From positions 85,870,001 through 85,934,000 of the forward strand of contig NC_042999.1 of assembly GCF_006345805.1 (NCBI RefSeq): a stretch of DNA of 64,000 nucleotides, read 5' to 3'. Within the stretch, counting starts at the first letter, position 1, and the number at the start of each line of letters is the position of its first letter. Below the pieces are notes generated by a model. It had not been told where the DNA came from. It worked only from the letters and a program-made list of their open reading frames with translations, and did not search any database. The translations under genes and the position numbers were made by a program. Shown here piece after piece: positions 25,700-38,441 of this stretch. Origin of the DNA: Octopus sinensis. Its lineage: Eukaryota.

Positions 25700-26159
25700 T
25701 ATTATATATTTCTCATTACTACTATTTCTATTAGACTATAATAGTGATTACTGCAAACATTATTTACCTTTACTGATGCGCAATAAAATCTTGAAGCGAA
25801 CGTGTTAATTGACAATTGTTTTCTTTTCTCACTTGCAAGAGTTTTATTTATTTATTATTTATTATTAAAAGACTTGCAGCCTGAATCAGTATTTCCCAGC
25901 TTCGTCTCTACTCCCTCCCCTCCCCACCGGCCTTCACCTCCCTCCCTCCCTCTCTCTCTCTCAACAGTTCGACGACGACGCAATGAATGACGGTATATTT
26001 CATACTACCATTCATCGTCACGTGATTCTTCACATCAACATTCTTCTGTTGTGATCTATCTCAAAACGGAAAAACTTCTTTCCATCAGCTTTATATTAAT
26101 TACAACTTGTATATGTTTTCCACTTTGTGCCAATGTATCCGTAAATTCAAGTTGACATG
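25700..26159. promoter_or_regulatory. Probable bidirectional promoter with first non-coding exons
   Basis: Locally CpG-richer, no recognisable TEs. Contains E-box GTCACGTGA (26017-26025), a C/T tract, a plus-strand donor ATG|gtgagt at 26159/26160 and a minus-strand donor AAG|gtaaat at 25768/25767. Confidence 0.55.
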
Positions 26160-29100
26160 GTGAGTATTTTAGTTAAAAGTTGCGTACTTGGGATATTAAG
26201 CACATATTTCTCTCACACATATCGTTGTCATATCTAATGGCGCAGAGAAAGCTTCTCATAAAATATAGTTAAACGCAACTAATATCTCCTTTCCCCCTTC
26301 CTGGATGATGTTAATATGTTAAGCTACTGTCATAAATATATGTAATAACTTTTCAAATAAATTTACGTTTTATAGATATCTATTAATCTGGTTGAATTAG
26401 TTTTGTAGTTGTTACTTTTTTTTTAAATTTCACAACTACTTCAGAGTGTTTTTTTTGTTTTTGCTTGTTTTATTTTTTAAATTACAAATTGAATTTAGTT
26501 CATCCTTAACTTTGATCTTGCATCTAAAATACAGTAAGATAATTATCTTTCTGGTATTTTTTTTAGCGTGTATAAAGAATTTAATGTGTCTGAACAAATC
26601 TAAAAATTAAAGTTATTTATTATAATTTCTCATTAATTCAATTAAAATATGATTTTAAAATATGCAATTCCGTTTCTTAACCAGATATATTACATATATA
26701 TGTTATACTGATATGATCAACTAATTCTCTGAAACCATTTTCATTAAAGTTTTATATGAAGTTAATCTTAGGCATTTCATTAGTGTTGTCTGGCAACTAA
26801 AAAAAATCAAACCTAATAATTAAAATATGAGAAACATTTCGTGAAGTGAATTATATATATAAAAAAAAAGATAAATAAAAAAGAAAACCCCATCATGGCA
26901 ATATATGTATGTAGTGCATAATTTACAATCCGTCCATTATTTTGAAGTAATATTGTATGTGGTCTGGCACATACCATACTGTTTGATATGCAGTTTTATC
27001 ATATGGTTTCATATTCTCCATACATCATGCAACTTTTAGATATAACTTCTGGGTGGCTTAATTTGCCCTGACTCCTCTACAAACTGACTTTTGGTCAGAC
27101 AAACTATTCTAAGTACAAGCTGTTACAGACAGTAGATTTATTTCATTTAACACATAAAATGTGAAAATATATTGCTATATTATTTTGTTAACTTGTTGCA
27201 CTATTTAACTGAAAATAAATTCTTAAAATTGCTTTTTTGGGGGGGATTAGTATTCATTATTTCATCAAAATAACTCAATGGAACATATCACTAGAGACTT
27301 TCTCAAAAATATGATAGATCAATAATATACTTAAGGTAGTTTGATGAAAGACTAACACAATAATATTGAATTCTGAAGGAGAATCCTGCTACTATCTATG
27401 CTTTATTAATATTGACTTATACTTTTAGCTCATCTGTATTAGTTTTTGTGTGGCTACATTAAAGTATCTTGGGGCTTATGTCCATTTTCACTTTCTGATT
27501 TCAGAGCTTAGGCCCTTCAAGCAAAAACTGAAATAGGTTTGTTCATGTGAAAAACAAATTTTACATTGTTATTTAATTTTATTGAACAAAAAAGATTAAG
27601 AATACTTGTGAATCCTTATGAATATCTGAGTAATTTAAACCAGTGTAATGTAATATTAATGTGAAAACAATATTTAGCAAAAAGTGTGAGAATGAAAGAA
27701 ATAAAGGGATTAGGAGTAATCTATTTATAGAAAAAGACTAAAGATAATATACAAATATACAGTGAAAGAAATAGTGACAATAGATTCTTAAACTTGTTAA
27801 AAATTAGAACTAAAGTGGTCAGTTATTTTAGATGGTTAAATAAATATGCATAAAAAAAATCATTGATTGGACAGTTTAAAATGACCACTTACATAATGTC
27901 ATATAAATGGAATAGAAAAGATTATCCCAAATGGATACCATTGAAATAGCATGTGTATATATAGCAAACAATGAAGCTTCCTTTGGATATAGCTTAAAAT
28001 ATGTGAAGAGGTACATGCTGACTAAGAAAAGAATTTGTAATGGACGATGACCTAGGAACAATTCCTGAATAATGTCTGACGTGTGTCATTACAATGAAAG
28101 CAGGAGTAATATTGCTGTAACATTCTAAAATGAAATATTGAAGGTCATAAAATAAATAACTTGATACAGTCTTGTATTTCTGAAGAATCACAGGTGTGTT
28201 TTTTGTCTGCTTTATTCTTTGTTAGTGTTATTGGAATCTTTATTTTTACAATATATCTTTACTGATCTTTTATCATGAAGTAGAAATTATTATTTTGTAG
28301 CCATGTTAACAAATAACCTTATATAATTATCTTGCTATAGGATATAATATTTAAGACCTCATAAACTCAGTTATAAAATACAAATACATTATTCTTTTCA
28401 ACTTTCAAACCACATGTTCAATATCTAAAAATCAGAAATCCATTCCATCTTACTTTTCATGTTATCTTCTCAAAGTATAAAAATGTTTAGATAGCATTAG
28501 TTGTAGTTTAGTCTTCAGATATGTTTGCTTCCATTCAACCATATTTGGCCGTCCCTATGCAATTTTTATTCTTTGGTATTGTGTTTTGAAACTTTGTATA
28601 GTTTTGTTATTGATAGTGCTTAGAACATTCTTTATATGCAGTTCGCTTTATGTTTGTCAAACCCATGCCAGCATAGAACATGGACTTTAAAATGATGATT
28701 CTTTTGATATTCTCTTAGTAACACTATTAGCAATAGCTTCACTATCAAAAGAATTTGATATTTAAGTGGCTAAAAAAATTGAACAAATTATGACATGATC
28801 CATGGTTACATGCTGTCCCAAATACAAGGACATCATCATCATTTAGTTCTGTTTTCCATGCTACTTTGGGTAAAGTGGTTTGACTGGAGCGGGAGAGCTG
28901 TACTGGGTGTCAATCTGTTTTGGCTTGGATTTTATGGCTGGATGCCCTTTCTAATACCAACCATTCCACTGAGTGTACTGGGTGTCATTTATATGTCATT
29001 GGCACAGCTGCCTTTCACATGTCATCGGCACTGGTCGTGACTACAATTTCACTTTGCTTGATGTGTCTTCTCAAGCACAGCAAATCATCAAAAGTCTCAG

Positions 29101-29231
29101 TTACTTATCATTGCCTCTGTGAGACTCGACATCTGAAGATCATATTTCACCACTATCTGTTTTCCATGCTGGTATGAGTTGGACAGTTTGAAAGTATGTG
29201 GTGAGTCACAAGGTTCAGTTTTGGCATTGTT

Positions 29232-30183
29232 TTCCTTCCTGTGACACTTGTGAAGACCTGTGAAGACCTGTTGAGGCAAGTGAAAATCAAATCAAATCAA
29301 ATCAAAATAGATGAACATCAATGGAATTTGTATCTTTGTGGTACCAGTGCCGGTGGCACACAAGAAAACCATCCGAACGTGGCCGTAGCCAGTACCGCAT
29401 CGACTGGCCTCCGTGCTGTGGGCACGTAACAAACACCATCCGATCGTAGCCAGTACCGCATCGACTGGCCTCCGCGCTGTGGGCACGTAACAAACACCAT
29501 CCGATCGTGGCCGTTCGCCAGCCTCATCTGGCACCTGTGTCGGTGGCACATAAAAACACCATCCGAAGACCCGGCAAGACTAGTCAGGCCATAACCCGTG
29601 GCCCCTACCTGGGACGTAGTCAGTCCACCTGTGCATACCTTCCTTCTTGTGACACTTGTGAAGACCTGTTGAGGCAAGTGAAAATCAAATCAAAACAAAT
29701 CAAAATAGATGAACATCAATGGAATTTGTATCTTTGTGGTACCAGTGCCGGTGGCACACAAGAAAATCATCCGAACGTGGCCGTAGCCAGTACCGCATAG
29801 ACTGGCCTCCGTGCTTTGGGGACGTAACAAACACCATCCGATCGTGGCCGTCCGCCAGCCTCATCTGGCACCTGTGTCGGTGGCACATAAAAACACCATC
29901 CGAGCGTGGCCGTCTGCCAGCCTCGTCTGGCACCTGTGTCGGTGGCACATAAAAACACCATCCGAGCGTGGCCGTTCGCCAGCCTCGTCTGGCACCTGTG
30001 TCGGTGGCACATAAAATCACCCACTACACTCTCGGAGTGGTTGGCGTTAGGAAGGGCATCCAGCTGTAGAAACACTGCCAGATCTGACTGGCCTGGTGCA
30101 GCCTTCGGGCTCCCCAGACCCCAGTTGAACCGTCCAACCCATGCTAGCATGGAAAACGGACGCTAAATGATGATGATGATGAT
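29232..30183 (+). mobile_element. RTE LINE 3' UTR with internal ~400-bp duplication and ~60-bp minisatellite
   Basis: Same sequence as 63082-63620, ending in (GAT)n. Unit accatccgagcgtggccg...gtggcacataaaaac is repeated. Confidence 0.9.
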
Positions 30184-32419
30184 TACAGTTGGATGCCAGC
30201 CACTTTACAGTGTGTACTGAGTACTTTTTTTTCATGCCACTGGCATAAATGTTGGTTGCCATGTAATTTGCAAGATAAGAAAGTGCAGTAGAAAGAAAAG
30301 GTCCCTTCACTAAATGGGTGGGGAGGTGGCTGTATGCCAGGTGTTGGGGGTCTAAAAAGTATGACAGAGGATAGCTCAGGTGTTTTGCTATATATCAGAT
30401 ACATGGCTACCCTACATTATTTGTAGTGGTGGGGGCGAGGGAGTAGTTAGAAGATGCAGATGGTGGTGACTAGATGCCAGAGCATCGCAAGATACAAGGT
30501 GATACTGAAGGAGAGTAGCAAATGTTCTGAAATTGGAGGAGAATTGAATATAGTGAGTAATAAGCGAAGGTGGAAATGCAGTTTGGGAAATATCAGTATG
30601 GAGTGGGAGAGAGTATGGAATATCAATATGACAAGTTGAAGTAAACTGTATGTAATATTGGCAACTGCTCTGATATCTCTGCTTTTATGAGTTATAAAAA
30701 ATTTCTTTCTACATACAAAATACATAGTCTTGAAATCTCAAAACTGTCATCTGTCATAGAAGAATAGTAATTGATATGTAAAATATATAATACAAATTCT
30801 TGTAGAGCATAGTTTGGCCGATATAATGTAACTTAACATCATGACAGATATGCAATTGGTCTCTTTAACATTAGTTTATTGATTTCCTACCTTTATGTAA
30901 TATATCTTCCTCAGCTTATGTTGTTTAGTTTATCGTGTATTTCTCTTTTATTTTTATCCTGAGTCAATCATAACTGAATCTGCTTGCTTGTTAACAACGC
31001 ATATTTTCCTCAGTATCATTGTTTTACATATTTTTATGTTCATAGCCACAACAAATATTTAGTTGACCAAGTTAAAGTGTTGGATTACTTACCAAAACAT
31101 TGATAGCTCATACTACTTCACTGGCAATACATTGTGTTCTAAACAAATTATTCTTGAATCTGCATTCCTCCTGGCTGTAAATAAGTATGTTTCACTGAAT
31201 GGGAATATTGTTTAATTAATGAGTTTCGCTGTGTTGAATAAGTCCGTGCCCATCAACAGAATGCTGTTTTACATCACAGGTGGTCAGTTTGCCATTTGGT
31301 TGGAGTACTAGTTTGGATTCTATGCTGTATATGATATTATGCAACAGTCTTACATTAAATTCTTGCTCAAATAAGATACCTCTCCTGATTACAAAAGATT
31401 CTGTTACAGTGATTACTTATTAATATCATGTTGTAAGGCGGCAAGCTGATAGAAGCACTAGCATGCGGGGAAAAATGCTTAACTGTATTTCATACATCTT
31501 TATGTTCTGAGTTCAAATACTGCTGAGGTTGACTTTGCCTTTCAATCTTTTGAGGTCAATGAAATAAGTATCATTTAAGCATTGGGGTTGATGTAATCAA
31601 CTCACACCTTTCTCTGAAATTGCTGGCCTTGGGCCAAAATCTAAAACCAATATCATGCTGTCCTTTCTCTTTATAGTTGTCATTCTGTCAGTGAATTTTC
31701 TTACACTTCACTAGTTTTAATCACCCATAAGGTACTGTACAGGCTTCTGCAGATCTAACATTTCATTGTAAGCAAAATTTATATTTATATCTTCCAGACT
31801 AGTGAAGGCCAAAGACTCTTGCTTAAACTTTAACAATTGTGTAGATATTGTAGCGCCCTTCAGTATCCTCATGAGATTAACTTAGAGAAGCCATACAAAG
31901 CAGCGTGACAATATTTGTCTGTTGAATAGGATGATATACGATCTTTAATTCAGTACAAGTTTTAGTTTGCATTGCTTTATCAAGTTATAGTGTTTTTGAT
32001 AGTAAATATCTCCAGACCAGTATTTGACAAGTCCACTATTGTGTTTCACTAGAATTGTTTCAAGTGCACAAAAGTCTAGTATTTTCATTTCCATCAAGAT
32101 TTAATTTAAATGTGACCCGTAGTCTCTATGTAATTCTTAAAAATCTTTCTCCATCATTGATGACAATGATTTCATCACTAGTGACCATTATGTTAATAAT
32201 TGCAGAATTGTTTGTTGGAACTTTGATCTTTTTCCTCTTTCAGGTAAGCAAGATATAGGTATGTTTAAAAAAAAACTGTTTAATCTTGCCTATTTTCATT
32301 TTCTAAAAGATAAGACTGTGGTGTACTCAGTGTCTAATTAACTGCTCACCAATGCAATGATGCCCATATACTTGCACTAGATAGAACATTTATAGTCTAA
32401 CAATTGCAAATCCTCTGCA

Positions 32420-32930
32420 TTCAGGGCCCAGTCTCACTTCTGTATTGTACACAAGTATCATACACTTTGCTCTTCATTCTAAAGTAGCGGCTCTTTGTTA
32501 GCTCTTTGAACTCTTTCCACCTCATCCTTACCCTGGGTACTATGATTTCAGAGCACCCACTTCTACTGCCAACTAGATCACCTTGGTAACAAAAACTGTT
32601 GACTACTTCCAGAAAGCCTCTTGAACAGTTGTAAGAATCTATTTCCTGAATGCTCTTTGTACTTAAAGCTCTTGTGCACCTACTGTTTACACTGGGCACA
32701 CTATTAAGTTTCTACCTGCTCCTTTTCTACTTATTGAGCATTCCTGACAACATCAGTGTCATGTCTCATCTATTTGATATAACTTTAGTCTTGTCTAAGT
32801 TTACTTTAAGGTCCTTTAATTCCAGGTTTTGCTTCCATGTTTGCAATTTCTTCCACAGATCTACGGATGCTGCTGTAAGAATAAGGTCATCAGCACACAG
32901 GAGTTTCCATAGACAGCCAGTCTTATTTAA
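32420..32930 (-). mobile_element. Decayed RTE LINE RT fragment
   Basis: KTGCLWKLLCADDLILTAAS...KVNLDKTKV, and similarity to the 62404-63081 ORF. Confidence 0.85.
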
Positions 32931-33443
32931 TGCACGTTATTGGATAGCTTAACTTTTTCAAAGATGACACTGTTCATGTAGCTATCTTCTTGACAGAATG
33001 TTGACATTTTATTTTTAAGCTTGGTGGAATGTTATGATTATTATAGAAATTCCCTTCAACATGTATATGAAGTATGTTACAGGGACTGGGATTACTTTAT
33101 ATGTATTGATACTTACTGAAAGTTTGTAGTCTTATGAGTCAAGATATTTGTGCATAAAAGGCTCGTGGGAGCAACAAGCATTTGGTTTTCCAAATGCACT
33201 TGAATATTAATTTGGATGAGCAGAAGAGCATGGATGATTACAAACTCCGTAAATAGATTTCTGGAGTAGTGAACAAGTTCTATTGTTTCATTGATAATTC
33301 TGTATGTAGGTAGGATTACAAAATATTTATTTTTTTTTGTTATGAGATTGAACTGGTATTATTTCTTGTATTTTTACTTTACAGAATGATGCTGAAACTT
33401 ACATCATGTTCATATCTGAATGCACCAAAATGATTTGTAATTA

Positions 33444-36400
33444 ATGAATATTTTGAAGAAAATGGAGTCAATGGATACTAATGATTCACCTTCAATACTT
33501 GAGTCACCACTGATGCAATTAGCGAATGCTAGTGCTTCTGCTGTAAGAGCTGATCTGCCGACTGAAGAAACCCCTAAAGACCAGCCACGTGTGTACACCA
33601 ATGAGGCATTTTCAAGTGAGGATAATACCTTGGCAAAAGAGAATAATATATCTAATGTTTACTGCACTCAACAACTTGATCAAAAGGAATGTCTCCTGAA
33701 TTCTCATCAAATGGAGTCTAATAAGGAAATGGAATTAGTATCTACTGATAGTTTTGAAAGTAAATTATCAAACTTTCAAGTAGATGCGCAACCAAACATT
33801 ATTTCTCATAATTGCTGTGTTTCTACAGCTAAAAATTCCCCTTTCAGTCAACCAGATTTTAAAAAATGCAATAACAAAGATATGATATGGGATTCACAAC
33901 ACTTACTGCACACACCACAAATTCAGGACAATAATGACAATTTTTTCCCATCGTCAAATTGTGATTCAGAACAATCTAAAAAAAATTCCACTTCTAGTGA
34001 TGATAATTCATCTTTTGAATCTAAAAATAATTTAAATTCATTGGCAGGAAAAATAACTTTATTACCAAAAAAATGTATAAAACCTTTTAACAATATAAGT
34101 GATACTTTTGATAAAATATCTAATAAGGAGGAAATATCTTACAACAAACAAGATCAGTCATTAAGTAGTGACTGTCAACTTGAATCTTCTGAGATAAATA
34201 CTTTTGTAGAACCAATATCCATTCCTAATAATGACAATGTTAAGGCATGTTCTAAAAAGTCTGCATCACCTGAGGCTTCAATTGAGCAAAATAGATCCCC
34301 AAATTGCAAAAACGATTTTGATTCTTCACTTAAGGAGCTGCAACGAGTTTCTAATTTTCAAGTTTTGTCTAGTAAGGAAGAAACTCATGAAAGAAATTTA
34401 AAGACTTTTGTAGAGTTGCCTCCAGAAAGTGAAAGCAAAAAAATTGCTGAAAAAAGTACTGGTGAGGAAGTATTTTTAGTACCTGAAAAAAATTTGACAG
34501 TTTTAGCTCCTAATAAATTATCTAAAGTAACAGAAGAAAATACTTCTGATCATTTGCTTGATGAGGGCAGAACTCTCTCAAAATCACCAACTGAAGAGGC
34601 TTCCAGTTTTGTTACTGCTGATACGTCTAAAACAGATGAAACTTCATTACCAATTACCAGTTTTACTATGAATAATGATGTAGCCCATAAACAAGTTCCA
34701 GATGAGGTGTTGACAGATATAAAAAAGAAAGCAAATACTCCTGAATTAACTTCCAAAATTGAAGCGGATAAAGATAACGTAAACACGGTTTATTCTCTTA
34801 ATAAGTCCTCTGAAACTGATCAAGATGATAAAAACATTTCTTCATCTCCTGCAAGAGCCACTATTTCTGAGACTGAATCCAGTAATGTTTCTAAAAGGCC
34901 ACGCAGAAATATCAAGGCAAAGCGCATATTTTCTGCATCATTAAATGATGCTAATTCAGCCAATCAAAATGAAAAGAGAAATGTTAAAGAGTCAAGAAAA
35001 GAATCTCTGTGCTTAAAAAAAAATAAATTACTTTCTGCAAAGAAGAAGAAGTTGAATCTATCAAAAAAATTACATGTTGAGGAAGATGAAGATATTGCAG
35101 AGCAAAAAAATGCTCAAATTAAATCATCTAATTATTTTAAAACTGATCAATCAGTTCCAGTAGTTTTTACTTCCAGTCACTCTTCCATATCTTCAAATCC
35201 TTTAGATACTGTTGGCATGAAAACAGTTTCAAGTAAAGCAAAAAATTTATTAATAGTTCCTAAATCCACATTTACTGTGAGTTCTCCTGATGAAAACCAA
35301 TCAATCAATAAATGTTTAACCAAAAATCGAAATAGTAAACCAAAATCTGTTACAAAAGAGAAAAGTTCTTTACATACAAATGTTGGAAAAGAAGCAACAA
35401 AGAATGGTGAAAATAAGTCTTCTTTCACTAAAATTAATAAAAATAGCAGTAAAAGAGTCCTTTCAGAAATAGCTTCGACGTCTTTTGATAATAAAGTCAC
35501 AAGTGATTCATTTTTAAATAGTAGTATTTCTTCAAACTTTTCAAAACCTGATGAAACTGAATGTAGTATAATTTTACCTTCCAACATGCCTATTACTTCC
35601 TCTAATCTTGCTACTTCATTTCACAATGAAGATGTAAGTCTCAATATTACTGAAATTGAGAATTACATTAAAAAAGAGCCCACAGACATCTCTGAGTTGA
35701 ATGAGTCAGCAAGTTCTAAAGTTTATGATAGCAAAACTGAATCAGTCTCTAATGCTTCCAGTTCGGTTGGTGAAACTCATGAAATAAGGAAATTGCTTAA
35801 TGCTAGTTCAAATGCTACTCAGTTAATTAGCACAAATTCATCAGGCTCATCAACAACAATTTCCAATGCACAACCTCTTGGTTCTGTGAAAATTAGTCCC
35901 GTATCCCCTTATGCAATATTTTTACCAGTTTCTCTTCCTTCTGGTTCAACTGTTCCTACTACTGCATCAATATCGTCAAACAGCTTTCAGTTAAAAGTTC
36001 CAAATGTTCTTAGAAAAGAAAAACCTTTGTTACCAAATGATAGTATAATCTGTAAGAAGTCAGATGGTACAGGTCAGTTGGCCAACAATTCAAAACAGAA
36101 AAAATTTAGCAGAACTAATCTTATTCCTGCATATTTTCCTGCTCCTTTACCTAAATCTCTAATAGATAAGATAACTGTTAGTTATCATTCATGTGCTGAG
36201 TGTGGTGATACTTTTTTATTTAAGTCAAGTTTACATATTCATAAGACTCGTAAATGCATGCAAATAACTTATAACTGTGACAATTGTACAACGAAGCTTA
36301 TTTTTTATAATAAGTGCTCTGTGCTGGAGCATGTCCGTTCGCATTATCCATCTCAGCCAGTTACTATTAAACTTGATAAAATGGACATTGTTCCACTACC

Positions 36401-38441
36401 TGAAAGTATAACTGACATTCTTGAAATAGGGGACTGTGAACAAATACCAGTACACAAGACAACAGAAGAGAGCAATAACTTCGATTGCATTGAATGTGGT
36501 GCCAAGTTCCATACCGCTCGTGCTTTAGCTAACCATTTTGGACATTCAGAAACTGCTTGTACTTTTACTTACTACTGTGCTCTGTGTCAAACTTATTTAC
36601 CTAGACATTGTGCACAGAAGGCACATCGACGTATCCATCATGAAAAAACACCACATGTTTGTCCAGAATGTGGACAGTTAATACCTAACCTTGTATCTTT
36701 CAGGCATCATTTAAAATATAAATGTGTTCATTTTTCCCGTATTGCACCACTTACATGTCCTAAGTGCTTTGCAAAATTTTGCTACAGTCCAGAATTAAAA
36801 GATCATATTATTTCTATACACAGTGAGACTTTTATCAAATGTTCAATTTGTCCAATGGCTTTTAAAGCCAAATCTTTTTATCAAAACCACCACCAAAGCA
36901 TACATTTATCTGAACAAGAACAAAAAAAGGAAATTTACAAGTGCCCATTGTGTGATACAGTTTTTCATAATATCCAACAATTAATGAATCATGTTGATGT
37001 TCACATAAATGACTTAAAAGTTGGTGTTGATTATGCTTTCCGATGTTCTGTTTGTTCTGTTATATTTGATAGACGCTCACTTTTGTTGTCTCATCTTGGA
37101 AATTGTCATCATCTTGATTTTATGCAACATAGGTGTGAATTTTGTGACTGTGTTTGCAAAACAGCCCATAATCTCCAAACCCATCAGAAAGCAATCCATA
37201 AAATTGAAATGTCAAAAATTAATAGCAAAAATGAAGCAAAAACGGAAAATGAGGCTATAAAATCTAAAAAATGTAAGGATAAAGGTATTGCATATTGTTC
37301 TTTATGTCAAATATTTTTTGCCACTGAAGGTCAACTGCAAATGCATTCATCAAAGGTTCATGAAAGTAAACTTAATGATTCTTCTGCAGTTACTACAAGA
37401 ACTCGAAATACACAAAAATTTTGCCAATACTGTAGTGCTCCCTATAAATCTTGGAATCGTCTCATGCAGCATATTTTAGGACATCGGCAGTCAGGAGTTT
37501 ATATGTGTCTTATGTGTACAAATGCTGCTTTTCTTACAAAAGAAGATCTCCATAAGCATGAGGAATTTTGTAGTGGAGAATCTAGTCAAGGAAAGTTACC
37601 AACTGTGTTTGAATGCAAAGAATGTCATGAGCTTTTCAAGCAAGAGAACTGGTTAATAGCACATCAGAAAAATATCCATTCAAAGAAACCCATGTTCCCT
37701 TGTCATTTATGTAACTTAGTGTGTAAATCAAATGACTCCTTAGTTAAGCATATACAAATATCACATGAAAAGAAAAAGCATTTTTATTCATGTCAAATTT
37801 GTAAAGAAACAAACAAGGAAAAGATATTCAGACGTCGGATCCAACTTGAAAAACATATAATTTCTAAACATAAAACGCTTCGTAATAAAAGCAATAATTC
37901 TAAAATAGCGCTTCAACCAAATGTAGCTAAGCAATCTACAGAAACTGACAATAAGGAGCAAGCACATGGTATTAATGTGGATAACCAACCCATAAAGAAA
38001 CTAAAAACACAAGAAGAAACTTTTTCTTGTGTTAAATGTGTGTTTACCACTAAAGATCATAACCTGTTTCAAATTCATACACAAGAGCACAAAAGAGTCA
38101 GTGATGGCATCAGGTGCAGTGAATGTGGATTGTGTTTTACTGCAGTTGATTCACTTCGGATGCATTTGTTTATGATTCATAAAATAAAACAAACGAATGA
38201 ATTTTTGAGCAGTCATGGTTTGCTTTATAAAAAAAATAAACTTAAAACAGAAAATGCTTTAGAAAGTTCTCCACAACAGTTAAGTAATATAGAAAATAAT
38301 GCAACTGAACAAGCTCAATCTTTTGAATGCAATGTATGTTACAAAGTGTTTGAAAGCGAACATCTCCTTAAAATACATTTGCGAACTCATGGAATGGCAT
38401 TTATTCGTTCAAAACGTCTTAACTTAACTGAAACAACATAA
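33444..38441 (+). CDS. ZNF532: C2H2 zinc-finger protein, ZNF532/ZNF592/ZNF687 family (single coding exon)
   Basis: 1665-aa ORF: Ser/Lys/Asn-rich N-half, then family-diagnostic fingers CAECGDTF..., LIFYNKCSVLEHVRSH, AHRRIHHEKTPHVCPECG, KCSICPMAFK and the C-terminus HLRTHGMAFIRSKR. Acceptor ttttactttacag| gives exon start 33385. Which vertebrate paralogue it matches cannot be resolved. Confidence 0.95.
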   Translation: MNILKKMESMDTNDSPSILESPLMQLANASASAVRADLPTEETPKDQPRVYTNEAFSSEDNTLAKENNISNVYCTQQLDQKECLLNSHQMESNKEMELVSTDSFESKLSNFQVDAQPNIISHNCCVSTAKNSPFSQPDFKKCNNKDMIWDSQHLLHTPQIQDNNDNFFPSSNCDSEQSKKNSTSSDDNSSFESKNNLNSLAGKITLLPKKCIKPFNNISDTFDKISNKEEISYNKQDQSLSSDCQLESSEINTFVEPISIPNNDNVKACSKKSASPEASIEQNRSPNCKNDFDSSLKELQRVSNFQVLSSKEETHERNLKTFVELPPESESKKIAEKSTGEEVFLVPEKNLTVLAPNKLSKVTEENTSDHLLDEGRTLSKSPTEEASSFVTADTSKTDETSLPITSFTMNNDVAHKQVPDEVLTDIKKKANTPELTSKIEADKDNVNTVYSLNKSSETDQDDKNISSSPARATISETESSNVSKRPRRNIKAKRIFSASLNDANSANQNEKRNVKESRKESLCLKKNKLLSAKKKKLNLSKKLHVEEDEDIAEQKNAQIKSSNYFKTDQSVPVVFTSSHSSISSNPLDTVGMKTVSSKAKNLLIVPKSTFTVSSPDENQSINKCLTKNRNSKPKSVTKEKSSLHTNVGKEATKNGENKSSFTKINKNSSKRVLSEIASTSFDNKVTSDSFLNSSISSNFSKPDETECSIILPSNMPITSSNLATSFHNEDVSLNITEIENYIKKEPTDISELNESASSKVYDSKTESVSNASSSVGETHEIRKLLNASSNATQLISTNSSGSSTTISNAQPLGSVKISPVSPYAIFLPVSLPSGSTVPTTASISSNSFQLKVPNVLRKEKPLLPNDSIICKKSDGTGQLANNSKQKKFSRTNLIPAYFPAPLPKSLIDKITVSYHSCAECGDTFLFKSSLHIHKTRKCMQITYNCDNCTTKLIFYNKCSVLEHVRSHYPSQPVTIKLDKMDIVPLPESITDILEIGDCEQIPVHKTTEESNNFDCIECGAKFHTARALANHFGHSETACTFTYYCALCQTYLPRHCAQKAHRRIHHEKTPHVCPECGQLIPNLVSFRHHLKYKCVHFSRIAPLTCPKCFAKFCYSPELKDHIISIHSETFIKCSICPMAFKAKSFYQNHHQSIHLSEQEQKKEIYKCPLCDTVFHNIQQLMNHVDVHINDLKVGVDYAFRCSVCSVIFDRRSLLLSHLGNCHHLDFMQHRCEFCDCVCKTAHNLQTHQKAIHKIEMSKINSKNEAKTENEAIKSKKCKDKGIAYCSLCQIFFATEGQLQMHSSKVHESKLNDSSAVTTRTRNTQKFCQYCSAPYKSWNRLMQHILGHRQSGVYMCLMCTNAAFLTKEDLHKHEEFCSGESSQGKLPTVFECKECHELFKQENWLIAHQKNIHSKKPMFPCHLCNLVCKSNDSLVKHIQISHEKKKHFYSCQICKETNKEKIFRRRIQLEKHIISKHKTLRNKSNNSKIALQPNVAKQSTETDNKEQAHGINVDNQPIKKLKTQEETFSCVKCVFTTKDHNLFQIHTQEHKRVSDGIRCSECGLCFTAVDSLRMHLFMIHKIKQTNEFLSSHGLLYKKNKLKTENALESSPQQLSNIENNATEQAQSFECNVCYKVFESEHLLKIHLRTHGMAFIRSKRLNLTETT

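Noticed and set aside
29370-30015. Regularly spaced repeats resembling a CRISPR array
   Set aside because: There are no unique spacers; the units are part of an RTE LINE 3' UTR in a eukaryote.
34550-37988. Antisense and alternative-frame ORFs within the ZNF CDS
   Set aside because: They are shadows of the long coding strand with no recognisable motifs.
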